The notes under the pieces: model-generated | The model's database searches: none | What the model was told of the DNA's origin: nothing | The model's input: the letters and a program-made list of their open reading frames with translations, nothing else | Position numbers and translations under genes: made by a program | Assembly (NCBI GenBank): GCA_009926845.1 | Contig: RFOF01000002.1 | Coordinates: forward strand, 1-60,569 | Length of the DNA stretch: 60,569 nucleotides | Origin: Alphaproteobacteria bacterium | GTDB lineage: Bacteria; Pseudomonadota; Alphaproteobacteria; Rickettsiales; SXRF01 | Reading direction: 5' to 3' | Part shown: positions 54,487-60,569 of the stretch, piece after piece | Numbering within the stretch: the first letter of the stretch is position 1 | Layout: the number at the start of each line of letters is the position of its first letter

Positions 54487-56021
54487 CAGAAAAAAATCCA
54501 TATCTTGAAACAATTCATCAGAATCTTCCGCGCGTGCTTGCCCTTTTCAACGCAGATGAAAGCGACCGCTATTACGGTTGTGGCGACAGGCAATTTTGGG
54601 CATGGAAACTCATTGATTTTCCTAACGCCACAATGCAAGGCGTAGTCTATGGTCTTGCCATGCTTTATCAGCATGATTTGCTGCCAGAAGGCTTCTCAAA
54701 GCCTGCCTGCCTTAAGCATATTCTGGCAATGATAGATGTTCTGCCGCAATTGATGGATCGCCATGGCGGCCTTGCTGAGGCAATGCCCAACGAAAGTTCT
54801 TTTTGCGTAACAGGTCTAGTGCTTGGTGACGTGCTAGGCGCGTTAAATACACTGCGCGCAGAATTGACCAATGACACCTTCAAACAAAAACTGAAACTCT
54901 GCGAACCGATGGTGGCTTTTCTCAAATCTCAGGATGAATTTCATGGGATAATATCAAATCACTTGGCCAGCTCAGCGCTCGGTTTGATACGCTGGGGGCT
55001 TATCACTGGCGATGAGCAAGCACTCGCACGGGCGGGGCTTTGGATAGGCCGCATAAAGAAACATGCAAACGATGAAGGCTGGATGAGCGAATATTCTGGC
55101 GCTGATCCAGGCTATCAAAGCTGGTGTTCTTCTGCTCTGGCTCAGATACACCAACTGACGCCACGCTATGAAGTAGAAAATCTGCTCACGGCAAGTTATC
55201 GATTTCTTGCCTATTTTGCTTTTCCGGATGGCACATTTGCAAATGGCATAGGCTACCGCCTGACCCGGTTTTTCTTTCCCGGTGGCGCAGAAATATGTAC
55301 AGATATCAGCCCGAATGCTACTCAGCTGGCACTCTTTGCCCGCACACATTACGCTCACAATCGCTTTGTCACGTTAAACGCAATTGATGCACCCAACATC
55401 GCACCATTTTTCAATGATATTGTGCTGGCAGCAGTACATTGGAAACCTCTGACTGTACCAATGCGCCTGCCTTATCACACCATGCACCCCAATGAAACCA
55501 CGTATTTTGAAAAGGCCGGTGTGTTGATTCACTATAGCGCATCCCATGTCAGCGCTATTTCGATTCATCGCGGCGGATGGATGGCAAGGGTGCAAATGGA
55601 TGGAAGCCGTCAACATCTTCAGCCTGAATATTATGGCACAGACACCGGCAACAATATTTTCTGCGCACATAAAGGCACACTTATCACGCAGGGCAATGTT
55701 TTGACCATAAGCGCAGAACTACACAAAGCACCACGCATGACGCCAAGCCCTTTTAAATTCATTATACTGCGCATACTCACGCTCACTGCTTTTAGAAGCA
55801 AGATTCTTGGCAATGCTACTAAATGGCTTTTGATACAATTACTATATCCTGCTGGCAAAGCGCGGGGAATCGTCACGCGCACCATAGACCTTTCCAGTGG
55901 CGCAGTAGAAGACACTGTACATGGCCTAAATCTTAGCGCAGGGAATGCAGCTAACCAGCATTTCAGCACACGCCATATGGCCTCACAAGGTTATTGGCAA
56001 GCCTCGGATGAGGCGTCATGA
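54483..56021 (+). CDS. Hypothetical 512-aa protein (no family recognised)
   Basis: Clean ORF, translationally coupled on both sides (ATGA overlaps). Confidence 0.65.
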   Translation: MTEKNPYLETIHQNLPRVLALFNADESDRYYGCGDRQFWAWKLIDFPNATMQGVVYGLAMLYQHDLLPEGFSKPACLKHILAMIDVLPQLMDRHGGLAEAMPNESSFCVTGLVLGDVLGALNTLRAELTNDTFKQKLKLCEPMVAFLKSQDEFHGIISNHLASSALGLIRWGLITGDEQALARAGLWIGRIKKHANDEGWMSEYSGADPGYQSWCSSALAQIHQLTPRYEVENLLTASYRFLAYFAFPDGTFANGIGYRLTRFFFPGGAEICTDISPNATQLALFARTHYAHNRFVTLNAIDAPNIAPFFNDIVLAAVHWKPLTVPMRLPYHTMHPNETTYFEKAGVLIHYSASHVSAISIHRGGWMARVQMDGSRQHLQPEYYGTDTGNNIFCAHKGTLITQGNVLTISAELHKAPRMTPSPFKFIILRILTLTAFRSKILGNATKWLLIQLLYPAGKARGIVTRTIDLSSGAVEDTVHGLNLSAGNAANQHFSTRHMASQGYWQASDEAS

Positions 56022-57226
56022 TTCCGCGCTTTAAACCCGATATTCGCTTATCAGACATGCTGTTGTTGCTCGCATCAGGCAACAGAACAAAGGCCATTCA
56101 ATCCTTTGAAAGTACGTTTGCAAAACTTGCCGGACAACGCGAAGCTATTGCTTTTCCTTATGGTCGCACCGCATTATTTATGATGCTAAAAGCTCTCGAT
56201 CTGCACGCTTCAGGAAAAAGCGAAATCATCTGCCCATCATACACATGTGTTGTTGTCGCACATGCCATCACCCTCTCGGGTCATACACCTGTTTTTGTCG
56301 ATTCAGCTAACCATGGATACAACATGGATTGGAAAGAGACAGAAAAAGCAACCAATGAAAAAACGGGCGCGATAATAGTTACGTCTATCTTTGGAAATCC
56401 CATTGATGCAAAACAGCTGGAAAATTATCGCGCTCGCCACCCAAGCGTCATCATTTTACAGGATTGTGCACATTCGTTCATGGCCTCCACAGCAGAGGGC
56501 GCACTCGTCAACATGCTTGGAAAAGCGGCATTTTATGGACTTAATATTTCGAAAATCATCACCTCTATCTTTGGCGGAATGGTGACCACTGATGACATAG
56601 ATTTTGCGCATTTGCTGCGCGAGATAAGAGATCGCGAAATAGCCCCTCCTTCGCTGCGCAAAGCGATTCAGCGTAGGCTCTATTTTATCGCCGCGTACGT
56701 GGCGTTCGTGCCGCCCGTTTATGGCATGGTGAACTGGCTGGAGCGCAAAGGATATCTGGCGCGTTTTGCACAATATTATGACCCGACGAAAATTAATCTA
56801 CCATCCGATGCATTTGAGGGATTAAGTGCAATTGAAGCACGTATTGGACAACTGCAATGTAGCCGATATGCTTATATTATTGCGCATCGCCGCAAAATAG
56901 CCCGCCTTTATTTTGAAGGGCTAGGAGGAGTAAAAGAACTAACGCTGCCAGAGAATGCTTCCGGCGCCACCTGGTCACATTTTGTTATCTACACCCCAAA
57001 GGCTAAAGACATTATTGCAAAATGCCTAGCTCACGGTATTCAACTAGGCGAACTCATTGACTACGATATTATTGATATGCCTGCATATCAGAATGCCATC
57101 TATCATGGAACACACCGCGCACGTGAATTTGTACATAACGTCATCAACCTTCCTGTGCATGTGGGTGTTAGCGAGAAAGATGCGCGCAGAATTGTCGATG
57201 TGATAACACTTTGTGCGAGCACATAA
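56018..57226 (+). CDS. DegT/DnrJ/EryC1/StrS-family sugar aminotransferase (ArnB-like)
   Basis: ...EIICPSYTCVVVAHAITLSGHTPVFVDS...ILQDCAHSF...GLNISKIITSIFGGMVTT has the family layout with a candidate PLP-binding Lys. Confidence 0.8.
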   Translation: MIPRFKPDIRLSDMLLLLASGNRTKAIQSFESTFAKLAGQREAIAFPYGRTALFMMLKALDLHASGKSEIICPSYTCVVVAHAITLSGHTPVFVDSANHGYNMDWKETEKATNEKTGAIIVTSIFGNPIDAKQLENYRARHPSVIILQDCAHSFMASTAEGALVNMLGKAAFYGLNISKIITSIFGGMVTTDDIDFAHLLREIRDREIAPPSLRKAIQRRLYFIAAYVAFVPPVYGMVNWLERKGYLARFAQYYDPTKINLPSDAFEGLSAIEARIGQLQCSRYAYIIAHRRKIARLYFEGLGGVKELTLPENASGATWSHFVIYTPKAKDIIAKCLAHGIQLGELIDYDIIDMPAYQNAIYHGTHRAREFVHNVINLPVHVGVSEKDARRIVDVITLCAST

Positions 57227-57229
57227 TAT

Positions 57230-58066
57230 ATGCGCATATTTTTATTATGTAATGACGATCTCACCACGCATACCATTTTTTCGCATGTGCTTAAATCGCA
57301 ACAATTCACAGTGGCCGGAATTGCTTTTACAACAAGCTATACATCCAAAGACAAAGGAATTTTAGGTGCCCTGCGCCTCCTGAAAAAAATGTCATGGCGT
57401 TATTGGGTTTTTCTCGTCGCAAGTAATGGTGCCTTCAAACTACATGAAAAAATGCTTTTGCTGTTTGGGAGAGCCTATCCGCCTTCAGGTTTGTTCAACA
57501 TGCGACTATGGGCAAAGGAAAATAATATTCCTGTTTATAGCAGTGATAATTTCAATCACCCGCAATTCATCAAAATTGTACAAAGTGCAAAACCTGATTT
57601 GATACTCCTTCGGATTAATCAAATTCTGCATGCCGAAATTTTAAATACCCCTGTTTATGGCTGCTGGTGTATTCACAGCAGCTTGCTGCCTGCATACAAA
57701 GGCATTGCCGGCGAATTTCATGCCCTAAGGAATGCTGAAAAGATAATCGGTTCAACTATTTTCAATGTAGAAGAAAAATTGGATGAGGGCGCAAGACTAT
57801 ATCAAACGTCTTTTGCTGTGGAACCGCAAAATTCCTTGCTACACCATATTTATAAAAACAATCATCTGGCCGGCGCTCTTCTATTTAATAAGCTGTGCGA
57901 GTTTCAGCAAACGCACAAAATTACGCCTGATCTGATTGAGACTTCACTGCAAGAAAGCTATTTTTCATGGCCACAAGCAAATGAAGTAAGCCAATTCCGT
58001 AAATCATTTGCAATGCTGCGACCGATAGAAATGCTGAAATTACTGTTGGGTAAAAAACCACTATAA
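57230..58066 (+). CDS. Formyltransferase-family protein (Fmt/ArnA N-terminal-domain-like)
   Basis: CIHSSLLPAYKGIAG matches the H-x-S-L-L-P-x-x-[RK]-G motif of formyltransferases. Confidence 0.65.
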   Translation: MRIFLLCNDDLTTHTIFSHVLKSQQFTVAGIAFTTSYTSKDKGILGALRLLKKMSWRYWVFLVASNGAFKLHEKMLLLFGRAYPPSGLFNMRLWAKENNIPVYSSDNFNHPQFIKIVQSAKPDLILLRINQILHAEILNTPVYGCWCIHSSLLPAYKGIAGEFHALRNAEKIIGSTIFNVEEKLDEGARLYQTSFAVEPQNSLLHHIYKNNHLAGALLFNKLCEFQQTHKITPDLIETSLQESYFSWPQANEVSQFRKSFAMLRPIEMLKLLLGKKPL

Positions 58067-58070
58067 TTTG

Positions 58071-58814
58071 CTATTGTTTTTTCTTGGCCCATATCGTTAC
58101 AGGTTGCTCTTTATCCTCATCAAAAATCTCAAGGCCAGCCTGAACAAAAAGCTGCCTTACTTCATCATAAGTGGGATAGCGCAACGAAGCAGGAGCAAGA
58201 TTGACCAGCACCACCTCACGACAATTGGCCCAGGTAGAATTTCCTAAATGCATTTGGGAGCGGGTTGGCAATAAGGCAAGAAATGGCACGATACAATCCG
58301 CTACCATTCTTGTAAAAAACAATGGCCACTGTTGGCATATATAACGCAAGAATTGCCATAGCTTTCCTGTCAGACCTTGCGGCTTTGGGCTGACCCAAAT
58401 ACCCAAAACACCACCAATTTTTGTTACTCTGACCAATTCGTCAAATGCCTTCTGGGGATCTTGTGTGTAATATAAAACACCAAAACAGAATACGGCATCA
58501 AAGGAATTGTCCGCAAAGGGCAAATAACATAGATCTGCTTGCGTTGTTTTCCAGTTCTCTCCGACAAGCTGCTGCGATTGTTTGAGAGCCTCTATCGAAA
58601 TATCCACGCCTACCATTGTGCTTCGTGAATGGATCATCTCAGCCAGCACCTGACCATGCACACCATTACCACAACCCGCATCCAGAATGCAAAGCGGCTC
58701 GCCACCTAGTCGCGAAAGTATTGGCGTCAAAAATGCTTGTGCAATTTTCTTTTTAAACGGAGGAATCGCTTTTTGTTGATTTTTTTTCCAATGTTGATCG
58801 AACGATTGAGACAC
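58071..58814 (-). CDS. Class I SAM-dependent methyltransferase
   Basis: ILDAGCGNGVHG (motif I), ...FDAVFCFGVLYY... Confidence 0.85.
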   Translation of the reverse strand: MSQSFDQHWKKNQQKAIPPFKKKIAQAFLTPILSRLGGEPLCILDAGCGNGVHGQVLAEMIHSRSTMVGVDISIEALKQSQQLVGENWKTTQADLCYLPFADNSFDAVFCFGVLYYTQDPQKAFDELVRVTKIGGVLGIWVSPKPQGLTGKLWQFLRYICQQWPLFFTRMVADCIVPFLALLPTRSQMHLGNSTWANCREVVLVNLAPASLRYPTYDEVRQLFVQAGLEIFDEDKEQPVTIWAKKKQ

Positions 58815-58816
58815 TA

Positions 58817-59911
58817 TTACACCACAAATTGTTGGTCTATCAGATGCTGGACAATGAGCTCTCCGGCGTTGCCCTCACCATAGCAGGCAGGAATTTCTTG
58901 CGGTATCGTGAAATTCTGCATCGCTCCATTGATAGCAACGCTCATCTGCGGCTTGCCGCTACCTATAACGCGCTGCCACCCGCTGGCCAGCAGATCCGGC
59001 CATGGCGCTTCATCAAGCAATACGATGGCAGGCTTGCGGGCATAAAAGGCTTCTTTTTGTAAGCCGCCGGAATCCGTTATCACCATTTGGCAGTGTGTCA
59101 GCGCAGCTACAGTGTCGAGATACCCCATCGGCCCTGTGAGCACATGCTGCTTCAGAGCAGTGAATTGCTCCAACATGCCACTATCAACAAGGCGTTTATG
59201 CGTACGCAAATGAATGGGAAAGAAAATAGGTCTCTGCGTATCACGCATGAATGTATAAATCTCCTCCATACATGCAGGTGTGTCCACATTGCTGGGGCGA
59301 TGCAGTGTCATAAAAATAAATTCACCTTGCAACTGCGGATGATCTTTCCAACTTGGCTCATGCGACAATGCTTTGCACATGAGAAAACTATCCAACATCA
59401 CATCACCCGTGAAATACACGCCCTTGGTGATATTCTCGCGCGCAAGATTTTCTATCGAAGCTCTATCCGGACAAAAAAGCAGCGAAGAGAGGTGATCGAC
59501 GATCGTCCGGTTCACCTCTTCCGGAATATGCATGTCATGCATGCGCGGGCCTGCCTCAACATGGGCAATGGGAATATGGAGCTTGGCCGCAGCAAGAGCG
59601 GCAGCCAGCGTGCTATTCGTGTCTCCGTACAATAACACCGCACGCGGCTTAAGTTCGATGAATGCCGCTTCAAGCTTGGCAAGCAATTCTCCGGTCATCG
59701 CCCCGTGCGTACTAGCGCTAATGCTCAGCTGCAGATCAGGGCGTGGCAACGCAAGCTCGCGAAAGAAAACCTCACTGAGTGAATCGTCATAATGCTGACC
59801 GGTGTGAATGACATATTCTTTTTTGCCACGATGCGCCAATGCGCGCGAAATAGGCAGCATTTTGATAAATTGTGGCCGGTTACCCACTACGGTAACAAGG
59901 GGGGATTCCAT
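58817..59911 (-). CDS. UDP-N-acetylglucosamine 2-epimerase family protein
   Basis: VVGNRPQFIKMLPISRAL...IHTGQHYDDSLSEVFF...LYGDTNSTLAAALAAAKLHIPIAHVEAG... I cannot tell by eye whether it is the hydrolysing or the non-hydrolysing type. Confidence 0.88.
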   Translation of the reverse strand: MESPLVTVVGNRPQFIKMLPISRALAHRGKKEYVIHTGQHYDDSLSEVFFRELALPRPDLQLSISASTHGAMTGELLAKLEAAFIELKPRAVLLYGDTNSTLAAALAAAKLHIPIAHVEAGPRMHDMHIPEEVNRTIVDHLSSLLFCPDRASIENLARENITKGVYFTGDVMLDSFLMCKALSHEPSWKDHPQLQGEFIFMTLHRPSNVDTPACMEEIYTFMRDTQRPIFFPIHLRTHKRLVDSGMLEQFTALKQHVLTGPMGYLDTVAALTHCQMVITDSGGLQKEAFYARKPAIVLLDEAPWPDLLASGWQRVIGSGKPQMSVAINGAMQNFTIPQEIPACYGEGNAGELIVQHLIDQQFVV

Positions 59912-60022
59912 AAATTCAATTTAAATTGTTATAAAATGCGTATATTTTACATTACCTTGGCATGATATGATTGTCGATAATTATATTTGGTTGGCAGAAG
60001 TCCAAAAATCGCCCCTAAAAAA

Positions 60023-60569
60023 TTACATCCCAGTTATCAGCGCCCCTAAATCAGCTTCCAACTTGCCTATCTGCTTTTGCAGGCTGGCGTGGGTGGTGTT
60101 TAAATCCTTAAGCTGGTGGGTGTCGCCGCTGGCGCAAACATTGGCGATGTCATTTTCTAGCGCATCTTTTTTAGCGTTTAGCTCTGCGAGTTTTTGCTCA
60201 AGTTTTGCCGCTTCTTTTTCGGCTTTGGTCAATTTCGGAGCATCTTTGGGTTTCTCATTTTTGTTGCCACGCGCTTCTTTTTTGGCGTCTTCGCGTTCGC
60301 GGCGGCGCTGCTGCACAATGAGTTTGCGATAGTCTTCCAGGTCGCCATCATACGGTTTGCAGGTGCCATCAGCCACCAGCCACAGGCGGTCGGCCACCGA
60401 GTCCACCAGATGCGGATCATGGCTTACCAGAATCACCGCGCCGCGATAGTTGTTGAGCGCCTGCATCAGCGCCTCGCGCGCGTCAATGTCCAGATGGTTG
60501 GTCGGTTCATCGAGCAGCAGAATATGCGGCGCGTCATAGCTCATCAGGCAGAACAGCAAGCGCGCTTTT
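60023..60569 (-). CDS. ABC-F family ATPase, C-terminal part (5' end outside the window)
   Basis: The frame is open to the window edge. ...HILLLDEPTNHLDIDAREAL...GAVILVSHDPHLV... is followed by a Lys/Glu-rich coiled-coil tail. Confidence 0.88.
   Translation of the reverse strand, partial: KARLLFCLMSYDAPHILLLDEPTNHLDIDAREALMQALNNYRGAVILVSHDPHLVDSVADRLWLVADGTCKPYDGDLEDYRKLIVQQRRREREDAKKEARGNKNEKPKDAPKLTKAEKEAAKLEQKLAELNAKKDALENDIANVCASGDTHQLKDLNTTHASLQKQIGKLEADLGALITGM

Overview
This 60.6-kb window reads like an alphaproteobacterial chromosome segment. Conserved housekeeping blocks are present: ffh, rpsP-rimM-trmD-rplS, leuC-leuD-leuB, meaB, dapF-mtaB-ftsY, infC, pyrE, panC, zapE, cobS-cobT, rpmB, pyrD and tRNA-Arg. 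Single 60-nt lines I counted in this backbone are about 65% GC. Lower-GC accessory DNA (lines of about 30-48% GC) and small palindromic repeats interrupt the backbone in many places. The main observations are: (1) Two adjacent giant cysteine-rich, Pro/Thr-linker mosaic proteins (865 and 1180 aa, 12.2-18.4 kb, minus strand). The larger has no visible signal peptide, and its start codon overlaps the stop of a Na+/H+ antiporter gene (ATGA). I cannot assign this pair to any characterised family, and it is my best candidate for something new. (2) An AT-rich, translationally coupled operon of about 11.7 kb (48.3-59.9 kb). Its enzyme set follows Arn/Lgm/Flm-type logic for putting an amino sugar on undecaprenyl phosphate, and it carries extra tailoring enzymes. 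(3) Foreign genes wedged into normally contiguous operons: a 618-aa ORFan between ffh and rpsP, an antisense kinase-like gene between rimM and trmD, and a DUF4160/DUF2442 pair plus an ORFan between leuC and leuD. A HigBA-type toxin-antitoxin (TA) cassette also sits in the 3' end of meaB, flanked by a duplication of about 70 bp. (4) Internal out-of-frame deletions in leuB and cobT. (5) Several repeat families, some inserted in frame into trmD, meaB and mtaB or supplying the C-terminus of cobS; a 3-copy repeat of about 70 nt; a heptamer-repeat palindrome in the mtaB 5' coding region; and a Leu-rich uORF with iterated GGTCATC motifs before leuC. No CRISPR array, rRNA, transposase or integrase gene was recognised. 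All functional calls come from reading the translations and motifs by eye. No database search was run.
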